DNA of 64,000 nt from an uncultured delta proteobacterium (GTDB lineage Bacteria > Desulfobacterota > Desulfobacteria > Desulfobacterales > JAFDCJ01), in assembly GCA_963769935.1 (NCBI GenBank), contig CAVYNY010000028.1:32001-96000 (forward strand), given 5' to 3'. A program made the position numbers and the translations under genes. Below are positions 46,786 to 57,223 of this stretch, in pieces. Every line of letters starts with the position of its first letter. Within the stretch, counting starts at the first letter, position 1. The notes under the pieces were generated by a model. It was not told the origin of the DNA. It ran no database searches and saw only the letters and a program-made list of their open reading frames with translations.

Positions 46786-47086
46786 ATAACCAGTTCATAG
46801 CCACCAGGTTTTTACCTTGCTAAACCCTGATTTTTGATGATATCTGTAATTTGTCCTGCTGCCAGATAGTGGCAAGAAAATCTGCCGCCGGGAATCTGTC
46901 AAATTTAGGCCAAATTTGGAGCATATCTTAAATTTTGCCGAGGTTTAGAGAATCTCAATATATAAGAAAGGCGAATCGACGCCGGTATGGCCGCAAGGCT
47001 CCAACAGCGTTATCAATGCTGAACCGGCCGACACCTGTTGCGGCAATATTATCAATAATGACTTCTTAGAATAATTCAGAACAGAA

Positions 47087-47627
47087 ATGGCGGACCAATC
47101 CAAAAACCCACGCATTCTGATAGTAACGCCGGAGGTCACCTATTTGCCGGAACGCATGGGAGATATGGCCTCCTTTTTTACAGCCAAAGCAGGGGGCCTT
47201 GCCGACGTTTCAGCCGCCCTGATCACGGCCCTGTTTGAACAGGGGGCCAACGTGCATGTCGCCCTTCCGGACTACCGCGCCATTTTCAGTAACGGGTTGA
47301 CCCCTGTTTTAAAAAAAGAGCTCCATAGAATCCATCGCATAATGCCCGATGATCACATCCATTGAACAATCGCGGGATGCCAACCCGGTTGATTTCCTCA
47401 CCAGCGGAATCTTTGCAGCCCACTTTGTCAACATCGTCAGCCCTACCTTCTTGAAAGAAGTTATTGAGGGCAAACACCCTTTTGTCGAGTATCAGATCCG
47501 GCGGGAATTAACCTACAAGAATGAGGCCGAGTGCGCCGCCGGAATCCTCAACGCACCGGATCCCGCATTTAATCCGATGACCGACGACGAATTGAAAAAA
47601 AAATACGGATTTCTTTTAGAACGGTAA
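47087..47627 (+). pseudogene. glgA: Glycogen synthase remnant (internal and C-terminal deletions)
   Basis: RILIVTPE...KAGGLADVSAAL...HVALPDY, jumping near 47362 to VNIVSPTF...GILNA. Confidence 0.8.
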
Positions 47628-48330
47628 CTTCAAAATTTTAGATATCTGCTATATCAGCCATTCCGGCGCCGGGAAAAAATTTGTGTTTCCATATATCCGG
47701 GCACCACGAAGATTCGTGCAAAAAATGAACGCTAAGATATTTTTGTGACACCCTTTTCAGGCTTGACCTTGCTCGGCATAAGATTGACACAATCCTTTCT
47801 TTTCTTTTTCTAACCAGTTAAAAAAATCCGTGCTGTAGAATTATTGAATCGTTCATTTTTAGCCACAGTGTTGTGTTTGACAAAACGCTAAATAAAAGGT
47901 GTCTTTTGTGGAGCATTTTGTGGTATAAACACTAAAATCCGGGGCAGGGGACATGCAAAAACAGCTACACAAAGCTACACGAAACAATTCTATGGAATTA
48001 ATTGCGGTCAAAAACGGGTTTCCGGACACGATTTCGTTTTGGATCGATGCTGGAGATAGAAAGAAGACGATGGAACAAACCTCCACTTAAATGGGCCTCA
48101 TTTTTAGGCACGATTTACACACTTTTTGTGAGGCGAATATTTTGTATATTTGTCATTGTGTAATCCACAAAAAACATTACCTACAATTGAATCATTGTTT
48201 CTTAAGTCAAGATATCAGCATCGGGCTATACCTTAGTGCCGCTTATGAGCTGTGGAGTATAAATTTCGAATAAAGTTATTATTGAAGTATGGAGGTTCAA
48301 GTGCAGATGTTATCCGTCCTTTAGATGCTT

Positions 48331-50070
48331 TCAATTTCCTGCATCATTTTTGGCCGCTATTTCAAACTTGATTTCCACCCGGCGATTTTTGCTTCTTCCT
48401 TCCCGATTATCATTGTCCCCTATAGGATTTTTGGGACCCAACCCAATGGCCTTAATCTGTGAGATAGCAACCCCTCGCCCTAATAAATAACTTTTTACCA
48501 TGTTGGCCCGCAATTGGGAGAGATGGACGTTGTATAAATCATCACCATAGGAATCGGAATAACCTTCAACTATGATTGATTTATCGGAGTTCAGAGAAAG
48601 ATAGAAAGCTAATTCATCAAGTGTTTCAATATTTTGACTATCAATTTCGGTTGAGTCTCGATCAAAATAAATCAGGATCTTCCTCAATGAGAGCGCCAAT
48701 GGTAGCTGCTCTCGCTGGTTTTTGGCGTTTTGATTAGCTGCCTGGAGTACGGCTGATTCTTTTTCATCTATTGTTGTATGTTTATCCTCGGTCAATACTT
48801 TTTCCGACAATTGATCGTCTGCAGCTTTATCCTGTGGTATTGTATCCGTTTTAATTTCTGTTAAATCTTTTTCGAGTTGTTTTGAATCGACAACAACTTT
48901 TTCAATGCTATTAGCCTCTTTTATTTCGTGAGAATCCTTTATATTCACTGGTATATCTGTAGTATCACCCTCAGAATCTGTAATTGTTGCCGTCTGCTTT
49001 TTTTCATTTTCAATTGAACTTGGTTCTAAGGCAGTTTCATTGTCATGCGTGGCCAATTTGGGAGAGTGCTCAAATTGCGAAGTGCTGAAATATGATATTG
49101 CGAGTCCAATAAAAAGAATGAAAATGATCATAAATCCAGCTATTCTAAAAAATGAATGTTTCTCTTTAATTTCCGGCTTTTCTATGAATTTATTAGTGGG
49201 CGGTTGCAGGGTTGGAGTGTGGTCCGCAAGCGGTATTTCTTCTTTTGGAGGCGGTGTGACTCTATTGACACTGATTTGCAGCTCTTTTGCACAGCCCTTG
49301 ATGATACCCCCGTCAATCATGGTCAAACCAGCGGAATAACCTGACATCAGAGCATGATCGCACATGACATTGATCAAGCGCGGAAATCCATTAGAAAATG
49401 CATGAATTTCTCGCATAGCATCTGCGGTGAAATATTTTCTGGTAGCACCGGCAACTTTTAACCGATGTTCGATAAAAGCGACTGTTTCCTCCTCATTCAG
49501 CGGTTCGATATTATAATTAACGGCAATCCTTTGCCTAAAAGGCCTGTTTCTTGCCTCCAATAGCATTTCTCTCAATTCGCTTTGTCCCACCAAAAAAATA
49601 TTGATTTGCTTGCTGCCTTGAAAATCAATATTCGATAAAACTCGGACCTCATCAAGAAGTTCATTCTCCAGCCGCTGTGCTTCATCTATTATCAGCAGTA
49701 CAGTTTTTTGGTCGCCATATGCCTTTATCAAAAATTTTTTAAAATGAATCAGAAACTCGCCCTTTTGAGTGAATCCCCTGCCCATTTTAAATTCATCTGC
49801 CAAAATATTATAGAAGTCGATAAGGCCGAGGCCAGGATCCGGAATCGTTGCGACTATCACTTTGGCATCGACAAGTTTGATAAGGCTGTTAATGAGAACC
49901 GTTTTACCGGTACCGACGTCACCGGTTAGAAGAAGAAAGCCTTTGTTTTCCTGAATTCCATATCTTAAAGTAGCCAGAGCTTCCCGGTGCCTTTCACCTA
50001 ACCAGAGAAATCGAGGATCCGGGCTTATATTAAAAGGTTTTCGTTTCAAACCATAGTATTCAAGATACAT
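48331..50070 (-). CDS. ExeA/GspA-like AAA ATPase fused to TM, linker and OmpA-like domain
   Basis: MYLEYYGLKRKPF, TGDVGTGKT, IIDEAQ, LVGQSEL, GFPRLIN; C-terminal EGYSD...LSQLRA...NRRVE. Confidence 0.9.
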   Translation of the reverse strand: MYLEYYGLKRKPFNISPDPRFLWLGERHREALATLRYGIQENKGFLLLTGDVGTGKTVLINSLIKLVDAKVIVATIPDPGLGLIDFYNILADEFKMGRGFTQKGEFLIHFKKFLIKAYGDQKTVLLIIDEAQRLENELLDEVRVLSNIDFQGSKQINIFLVGQSELREMLLEARNRPFRQRIAVNYNIEPLNEEETVAFIEHRLKVAGATRKYFTADAMREIHAFSNGFPRLINVMCDHALMSGYSAGLTMIDGGIIKGCAKELQISVNRVTPPPKEEIPLADHTPTLQPPTNKFIEKPEIKEKHSFFRIAGFMIIFILFIGLAISYFSTSQFEHSPKLATHDNETALEPSSIENEKKQTATITDSEGDTTDIPVNIKDSHEIKEANSIEKVVVDSKQLEKDLTEIKTDTIPQDKAADDQLSEKVLTEDKHTTIDEKESAVLQAANQNAKNQREQLPLALSLRKILIYFDRDSTEIDSQNIETLDELAFYLSLNSDKSIIVEGYSDSYGDDLYNVHLSQLRANMVKSYLLGRGVAISQIKAIGLGPKNPIGDNDNREGRSKNRRVEIKFEIAAKNDAGN

Positions 50071-50234
50071 GATAGCCGCTCTTAATTGTATAAACTTAAT
50101 TGTATACTGATAGCCGATTATGCGTTTTGTCAAACATTTTATTGATTTTTGAGAAAATTTGAGATATGCAAGTGTTATAATTACATAAAATAAATTTATC
50201 GATCTAATCTCACGGCGGAAATCCTATCTTACTA

Positions 50235-51149
50235 ATGTTTAAGAACTTAAGAATATTTTTTCTACTAACTTCAATTTTATTGATAACCGGTTGCGCCTTT
50301 GCCCTGATTGGAATTGGTGCTGCTGCTGGAACAGTAGCTTATAAAAATGGCAAACTGGTAAAAACCTACCAGGCGGAATACAATAGATCAGTCAAGGCGA
50401 GCAGTGACACCTTGGCGGAGTTGAAAATTCCCCTGACCGATAATTTATCAGACGATCTGAAGACAGTTTTAAAAGCTAAGCGTCCGGATGGAACTCTGGT
50501 AGAGATCTCAGTCGTTCGAATAGAACGAAATCTTACCGAAGTTGGGGTGAGAACCGGAGTTGTTGGTGTTTGGGATAAAAGGGTGTCAGAGCAAATTCAA
50601 AATTCTATCGGTGAAAAATTGTCATCTGGCCCCCGAACAGCCTCAGGTAATACTTTGGATTCAGATAGTAAAAATGTCAACCCGTTGAATAAAGAAAGCA
50701 CTCCAAAGGTGGCTACTGTAAATAAAAGCAAGGGGACGCTGGTCTCGAATACGCCAACCAATATTTCAACTCACAGAGAAGTTCAAGAGGTCGTAAAGAA
50801 ACCTTCTAGGAAGCAGCCCGATTTTGTAATTTATTTTAGCGATAACACCAATGAGCTTTCCGAAGTTGCCATCGAGAAACTCAACACTATCGCCGAGATT
50901 ATAATGAACAGGCCGGTAGTAGAAATAAAGATCAATGGATTTTCGGATTCGAACGGCACATCGTCCTTAAACAAAATAGTTTCTGAAAGCAGGGCAAATT
51001 CAGTTAAAATCTACCTGATTGCAAAAGGGATCCATCCTAAAATAATCACCACGAAAGGGTTCGGCTCCGACAATCCTGTCGCCAGCAACAAATATGTTGA
51101 CGGCAGAAGATTAAATCGACGGGTCGAAATCGAACTTATATATCGATAA
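50235..51149 (+). CDS. Lipoprotein with DUF3568-like N-domain and OmpA-like C-domain
   Basis: Lipobox [22 protein letters not shown]-terminal GFSD...SESRA...NRRVE. Confidence 0.82.
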   Translation: MFKNLRIFFLLTSILLITGCAFALIGIGAAAGTVAYKNGKLVKTYQAEYNRSVKASSDTLAELKIPLTDNLSDDLKTVLKAKRPDGTLVEISVVRIERNLTEVGVRTGVVGVWDKRVSEQIQNSIGEKLSSGPRTASGNTLDSDSKNVNPLNKESTPKVATVNKSKGTLVSNTPTNISTHREVQEVVKKPSRKQPDFVIYFSDNTNELSEVAIEKLNTIAEIIMNRPVVEIKINGFSDSNGTSSLNKIVSESRANSVKIYLIAKGIHPKIITTKGFGSDNPVASNKYVDGRRLNRRVEIELIYR

Positions 51150-51187
51150 ATTTAATACGAGTCTGGTCTATAAAAAATTAATGAAGA

Positions 51188-51400
51188 TTAAATTTCAATA
51201 TTACGCCGGACTATTTTGTTTAGAAACCATTGGCGCGTAAGGCATAGGTTGCAAACAGTTTGAGAGTGGTTCCCACCTGTCTCGCGAAGCGCCTTGGTGA
51301 CCATTTGCCGTTCCATTTGTTTAGTGACTTCCCGTAAGGTTATTCCATTTAGATTGGCTGGCGTAACATTTTCTCCCGGGCCGGTAGTTTTCTCTGAAGG
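51188..51400 (-). pseudogene. Fis-type HTH remnant of a sigma-54 activator
   Basis: TLREVTKQMERQMVTKALRETGGNHSQT. Confidence 0.55.
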
Positions 51401-52154
51401 ATATTTTTCCTTTATCTCGCTGTCTTCTATCGTAAGGATATAAGGGCCCTCCAGTATTTTAATCCGCCCTATCTTAAATATTTGAGATGAGGATCTTTGA
51501 TATATTATCATCAAGGGTGGTTGCCGTGAATCGAGGATGAGTTGGTAAACAAAAAGATTGCAAAAGCCCCAAAAACCTGTTGTCGCTGCAAAATATCACA
51601 GCCTTCCACAAACCTGCGATAATAGTATCATGGAATCCCCAGCTTGGGAGCCACTGAAAATACGACGCTCTTTGGCAACTTTGTGCTACCAGATGTAAAG
51701 TGTACTTGCATTATCCCTGAAGCCCGGCAAAATCAACTATTCTGCCGATATCTTGGCACTTGATAAAAATAATGGTCCTTACCATATCAGAAAAATAGGC
51801 TCGACTTCAAGATATTAGCGGAATTTTGAGGTGCATTGTCTTTGCGGATGCAGCTTTCATCTTCTCTTAAAGAGACATCCAAAACCTAAGGCAGACTATT
51901 TTCAATTCCCCAGTGACTGCGAACTGCATGGCTAAAGCGGCTATCATCATTTTCGATACAGCCGCAATTTAAGGGGTTTTAATAAGCTTGCGTTCACCCT
52001 GCGTTCTGTTTAGAAACCACTTTTCATTACCAATAAAAATTAATAATTATACAAAATGAATTCAACGTTTATCTTGCTGCGCCTCACAAACTCAAAAACA
52101 AAAGGGCCGGCACGAACAGCCCGCCAAGCACCCCGCTATCTGCCGCCTTGCTGA

Positions 52155-52205
52155 GATTAAGATCTTAATCCCACCTTGACTTCCGAAAAAACCAACGAAT
52201 ATTAT
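52155..52205 (+). promoter_or_regulatory. Perfect 16-bp palindrome next to a sigma-70-like promoter of qor
   Basis: GATTAAGATCTTAATC (52155-52170), TTGACT-18-TATTAT (52176-52205). Confidence 0.5.
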
Positions 52206-52261
52206 ATTCTGTTTAATATCGGTTTATCGAAATTTAATAACTCATAAGAAAGGAGGACACG

Positions 52262-53242
52262 ATGTCCAAAGCCATTCGCATACATGAAAACGGCGGTCCG
52301 GAAGTTTTAAAATGGGAGGAGTTTGATCCCGGCAAACCGCAGGCCGGCGAAGCCCTGGTGCGCCACGAGGCGGTGGGGCTGAATTTTATCGATGTCTATC
52401 ACCGCACCGGGTTGTATCCGCTGCCGGGGTTTCCTGCCGTACCGGGCATGGAAGGTGCCGGCATAGTGGAAGCAATCGGTGACGGCGTATCCGAAGTGGC
52501 CGTCGGCGACCGGGTGGCCTATGCGGGAGGTCCGCCCGGCGCCTATGCCGAAGTCCGCAGGATTCCAGCCCATCGGCTGGTGAAACTTCCCACCAAAATT
52601 TCCACCCGCCAGGGAGCCGCCATGATGCTCCAGGGCATGACGGCGCGGTATCTTTTGCGGGGATGCTACAAGGTCAAGCAAGGAGATACGGTGTTGATTC
52701 ATGCGGCAGCCGGCGGCGTCGGCTCGATTGCCTGCCAGTGGGCCAAACACCTCGGTGCGACCGTGATCGGAACCGTCGGTTCCAAGGAAAAAGCCGAAAT
52801 GGCGCGATCCCACGGCTGCGATCATCCCATCCTGTATAACGATGAAGATTTTGTCGCCAAAACAAAAGAAATTACCGGCGGCAAGGGGGTGGATGTGGTC
52901 TATGACTCCGTGGGGCAGGCAACGTTTATGAAGTCGCTGGACTGCCTGCGCCCGATCGGGATGATGGTCTCCTTCGGCCAATCGTCCGGATCGGTTTCAA
53001 CCTTTGATCCGGGCATTCTGGCAGCCAAGGGCTCTTTGTTTTTGACCCGTCCCAGTCTGATGGCCTATACCGCCAAACGCGAGGATCTATTGGACCATGC
53101 CCGGGACCTGTTCGGGGTCGTGGAAAGCGGGGCGGTAAAAATTGAGATCAAGCAGACGTATCCCTTGTCCGAGGCGGCCCAGGCCCATCGCGATCTGGAA
53201 GCCCGCAAAACGACCGGGTCGACGATTTTGATCCCAGATTAG
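52262..53242 (+). CDS. qor: NADPH:quinone oxidoreductase (zeta-crystallin/Qor)
   Basis: GGPEVL, GLNFIDVYHRTGLYP, HAAAGGVG, VYDSVG, GSLFLTRP, RKTTGS. Confidence 0.95.
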   Translation: MSKAIRIHENGGPEVLKWEEFDPGKPQAGEALVRHEAVGLNFIDVYHRTGLYPLPGFPAVPGMEGAGIVEAIGDGVSEVAVGDRVAYAGGPPGAYAEVRRIPAHRLVKLPTKISTRQGAAMMLQGMTARYLLRGCYKVKQGDTVLIHAAAGGVGSIACQWAKHLGATVIGTVGSKEKAEMARSHGCDHPILYNDEDFVAKTKEITGGKGVDVVYDSVGQATFMKSLDCLRPIGMMVSFGQSSGSVSTFDPGILAAKGSLFLTRPSLMAYTAKREDLLDHARDLFGVVESGAVKIEIKQTYPLSEAAQAHRDLEARKTTGSTILIPD

Positions 53243-53397
53243 GGTTCACGAAAAAATAAGTTCACAATTTTAGGCGTTGCGGCACCCGGCTGGTAAGGCG
53301 TGAAAACGCAGGAATATGTGGATATTCCGAGCTTTCGCAACGCAGCCAGGCGGGATGCGGCGGCGTATAAAATGTGAAGTTATTTTTGAGTGAGCCC
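53242..53397. mobile_element. 156-bp palindromic MITE-like element with TTA target duplication
   Basis: ~30-bp imperfect TIRs; TTA at 53239-53241 and 53398-53400; central GGAATAT-GTGG-ATATTCC hairpin. Confidence 0.75.
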
Positions 53398-53418
53398 TTA
53401 GTAAAGAATCCCGGCCCA

Positions 53419-53453
53419 GCTCCCGGCCCGTAGGGCGTACAGCCAGGAGGGAG
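53419..53453 (-). repeat. ~35-bp REP-like element (second copy at 63962-63996)
   Basis: Reverse complement CTCCCTCCTGGCTGTACGCCCTACGGGCC aligns with CTCCCACCGGGGCGTAGGCCCTATGGGCC. Confidence 0.65.
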
Positions 53454-53548
53454 GACCAGGTTTTCAATGTTGAAATAAACCAATCCAAAAAGAATTCTGG
53501 TCTATACCTCCAACCGTATGCCTTGCGCCATGGGCCTTGCTCTATGCG

Positions 53549-56317
53549 CTAAGCCGCCTTCGTGATCTTAACCGCACACACCTTATACTCAGGTATACCG
53601 GCAATCGGGTCCAGGGCGGAGTTGGTCAGTCGATTGGCGGCGGCGGCGGCATAATGAAAGGGGATAAACACCGTACCCGACACCGCTTTGGTCGAAATCT
53701 TAATCTTGGCCTGGATGTTGCCCCGGCGTGAGGCAATATTAACCGCCACCCCGTTTTCCAACTCATATTTACCGGCATCCCGGGGTGAAATCTCAACGAA
53801 GCACTCCGGCGCGATTTCCATCAGGCCTGCGCTTTTCATGCTCATGGTGCCGGTGTGGTATTGATAGAGCAAACGGCCGGTGGTCAGATACATGGGGTAG
53901 TCATCATCCGTATTTTCAGCCGGCGGTATATAGTCAATCGCGTGGAAGGTGCCCTTGCCCTTGGTAAACTGGTCCCGGTGCAGAATGGGGGTTCCGGGAT
54001 GCTCGGCCGTCGGCGCCGGCCAGTGAATGCCCTCCTGTTCGATCCGGTCATAACTGATGCCGCCGTATGACGGTGTCAGCCGCGCAATTTCTTCCATTAT
54101 CTGCCGGCTGTTCTCATAGTGCATGGAATAGCCCATGCGGCCGGCAATTTCACAGGTGATTTTCCAATCCTCCCAGGCCTGCCCGGGTGAATCCACTGCC
54201 TTGCGCACCCGCTGCACCCGACGGTCGGTATTGGCAAATGTTCCCTCTTTTTCAGCGAAGCAGGCCGATGGCAAAACCACATCCGCCAGTTGGGCGGTTT
54301 CGGTCAGAAATATGTCCTGCACCACCAGAAAATCCAGATTTTTGATGCTCTTTTCACAATGGTTTAAGTCGGGGTCCGAAACCAGCGGATTTTCGCCGAT
54401 AATATACAGGGCCTTGAGCCTGCCGTCATGGGCTGCCGGTATCATCTGGGTTACCTTCATCCCTAGCAAATCGGGCAGATCGGTGACGCCCCAGGCCTGG
54501 GCCATTTTCTGGCGGGCGTTCGGATCCGTCACCCTTTGGTAGCCGCTGTATACGTCCGGCAGGCCGCCCATATCACAGGCTCCCTGGACGTTGTTCTGGC
54601 CCCGCAGCGGATTGACGCCGCCGCCTTCGATGCCGAGATTGCCGCACAGCATCGCCAGATTGGCCAGGGATTTTACATTGTCCGTTCCGGTGGTGTGCTG
54701 GGTGATCCCCATGCAATACAGAATGCTGCCGCGCTCAGCGCCGCCATACAGGCGGGCCGCATCGATGATCTGCTGGGCGGGAATTCCGGTAATTTCCGCC
54801 ACATATTCAGGCGTATATTTTTCAACGACCCTTTTTAATTCCTCAAACCCTTCGGTACGGCTGGCGACATACTCTTTGGCGTGCAGGTTCTCCTTGATGA
54901 TGACATGCATCAAACCATTAATCCAGGCCACATCGGCCCCCAGATTGGGGCGCAGCCATTGATGCGCAAAGCGGGTAATTTTTATGCGCCGCGGGTCGAC
55001 TACAATCAGCTTCGCTCCTTTGCGAGTCACCGCCCGCTTGACATAACTTGACAGCACCGGGTGGTTCTCAGTGGTATTGGATCCGGTGATCAGAATGACA
55101 TCCGCTTTTTCGATGCAACCGATGGTGTTGGTCATGGCACCACTGCCGAACGCTGCGGCCAGACCGGCCACAGTGGAAGAATGTCAGAGCCGGGCGCAGT
55201 GGTCGACATTGTTGGTTTTGAGCACCGCCCGCGCAAATTTCTGAGTAATGTAATTTTCTTCGTTGGTGATTCTGGCGGAAGTCAGCACCGCCAGGCTGTC
55301 GGATCCGTGCGCGGCTTTAATATCGCTGAACTTTTTGGCGACCAGATCAAGGGCCTCCTCCCAGGAGGCTTCACGAAACCGGCCGTTTTCTTTGATCAGG
55401 GGGGTGGTCAGACGATCGGGCGAATTGATAAAATCATAACCGAACCGGCCTTTCACGCACAGACTGCCGTAATTGGGTGCATAATCCTCGGCCCCGGTAA
55501 CCTTGACAACCCGGTTGTCTTTGACATGCAGATAAAGCTGGCAGCCGACGCCGCAATAGCTGCAGGTCGTGCGCACCTTTCTGGTTTCCCAGGGCCGCAC
55601 CCGGTAGCGGACATTTTTTTCGACCAGAGCGCCCACCGGGCAGGCCTGGACGCATTCGCCGCAAAACACACAATCAGAGTCTTTATAGGGCCGGTCGCCC
55701 GCAGCAATGATTTTGGTGGCGGCACCCCGATAGCCGAAATGGATGGCTTGATTGACCTGCACTTCATTGCACGCCTGAACACAACGCCCGCATTGAATGC
55801 AGCGCGAAAAATCACGCACGATAAAGGGGTTGACGTCCTCCATCGGATACGGCGTATCGGTGGGTGTAAACCGTTCAGCGTTGACCTGATAGCGAAAAGC
55901 CAATTCCTGCAGCCTGCAGTCGCCCCAGACGGGACACAATTCGGCGGTGTCCTCGGTCTGCTGAGATTTAAGTTGAAATTCAGTCCAGTTGTTGCCGGCC
56001 GATCCGCTGACCGCGCAGTTGTGGTTGCCCGATGAGAGCAGCAGCTGAATGACCACGCGCCGGGCCGCAATAACCTTGGCGGATTCGGTGCGCACGACCA
56101 TATTGTTGCCGGCCGGGGCCGCACAGGACGCGACCAGGCTGCGGGCACCTTGTACTTCAACCACACAAACCCGGCATGCGCCGGTAGCGGTTGCCCCCTT
56201 TAAGTGACACAGCGTGGGGATATCAATACTATTGCGCCGGGCGACATCGAGAATGCTTTCGCCGGATTCGAAGGAAAATTCATTACCGTTGATAACGATG
56301 ATATTCTGATCAGCCAT
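53549..56317 (-). CDS. fdhF: Selenocysteine-containing formate dehydrogenase alpha subunit (U378) with N-terminal Fe-S domains
   Basis: Two same-frame ORF-track ORFs joined by TGA (55186-55184) in VDHCARL-U-HSSTV; TTCSYCGVGC, LRGQNNVQG, PEYKVCAV; 922 aa. Confidence 0.95.
55153..55173 (-). promoter_or_regulatory. SECIS hairpin of fdh
   Basis: CTGTGGCC-GGTCT-GGCCGCAG 10 nt after the UGA, resembling the fdhF-type SECIS. Confidence 0.85.
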
Positions 56318-56360
56318 AGTGTTATGGGACTCCTTTACGGGGACTTAATCGGAAGGTGTG

Positions 56361-56389
56361 AATGTACCTGAAACACCGGAATTTGTCAA
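56361..56389 (-). promoter_or_regulatory. Sigma-70-type promoter of fdh
   Basis: TTGACA-17 nt-TACATT about 45 nt upstream of the ATG. Confidence 0.6.
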
Positions 56390-56515
56390 ACCTGTTTTGG
56401 GTTTGGGAAAGATCGTCGGCAGGTCAAGCAGGTTTGCGTCGTCTGCCGGGCCGGAGTTGAACCTGCCGGATTTAAACGCCATATCCCGCAGCCCACCGGG
56501 CACATTGCAGGCGGG

Positions 56516-56950
56516 CTATTTTAAAGGCTTCCGCAGGCCGGCTTCCGACTGTAAAGACCTGCGGCGTTGGTCATTTCTGGCCGCCGCCCATAAATGGTAA
56601 ACGTAGACGCCGCCGACGCCGCCGAGGGCATCCGCGAGCGCATCCAGCAGGTTGCCGTCCCGATAGGGAACAAAAGACTGGTGGAGTTCATCACTGAGGC
56701 CGTACAGAGCAGCGGAAACCATGCTTAGCAGGATCAGCAGTGCGGTGTTGCCCTTTAAGGGCAGGGTCTGATAAGCCCGGTAAAACAAAACTCCCATCAA
56801 TGCATAGCCGGCAAAATGATATAACTTGTCGCTGAAATCAAATGAGGGCAGGCTCTCGGGTGAGGGATAATCCGACTGGATGTAGACAAATACACAATAT
56901 GCGATCAGCGGCAGCCAGCAGTATGTGAAATTTTTTATTTTTATGGACAT
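56516..56950 (-). CDS. VanZ-family membrane protein
   Basis: DKLYHFAGY, YGLSDELHQSFVPYR, DALAD; ATG at 56950. Confidence 0.88.
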   Translation of the reverse strand: MSIKIKNFTYCWLPLIAYCVFVYIQSDYPSPESLPSFDFSDKLYHFAGYALMGVLFYRAYQTLPLKGNTALLILLSMVSAALYGLSDELHQSFVPYRDGNLLDALADALGGVGGVYVYHLWAAARNDQRRRSLQSEAGLRKPLK

Positions 56951-57000
56951 GTATGTGTTGCTCCGGGATAGAGGATAGCGAGGTCTGGACATAAACAAAA

Positions 57001-57222
57001 GAAGGGGGGAAGGTGGGAGGGTGAGAGGATAAGAAGGCATCCGAATTTCGAAATTGTATGTGCTTTTGCCTCTAACCTTTTACCTTTCGCCTTTAGCCTA
57101 TCAACCAACCTGGTATCTATTTCCTAATAAACAAATCAACCCAATTACCCAATCAACTCATTCAACCTATTCAACCCAATCATCCCATCCGGACGATCTC
57201 AACGATCTCAACGATCAAAACC
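57001..57222. repeat. Intergenic patchwork of 8-, 7- and 9-nt tandem repeats
   Basis: Purine-rich 8-mers, (CCTTTNN)n, (TCAACCCAA)n, (GATCTCAAC)n. Confidence 0.75.
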
Positions 57223-57223
57223 A

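Noticed and set aside
46960..47045. Possible c-di-GMP-I riboswitch upstream of the glgA remnant
   Set aside because: Only a vague GGCGAA...CGCAAGGC resemblance; the GAAA tetraloop stem and P2 architecture are missing.
55061..56035. Long antisense or alternate-frame ORFs (e.g. 55061-56035, 35427-36278, 52307-52981, 4149-4835)
   Set aside because: Shadows of GC-rich genes on the opposite strand with no recognisable motifs.
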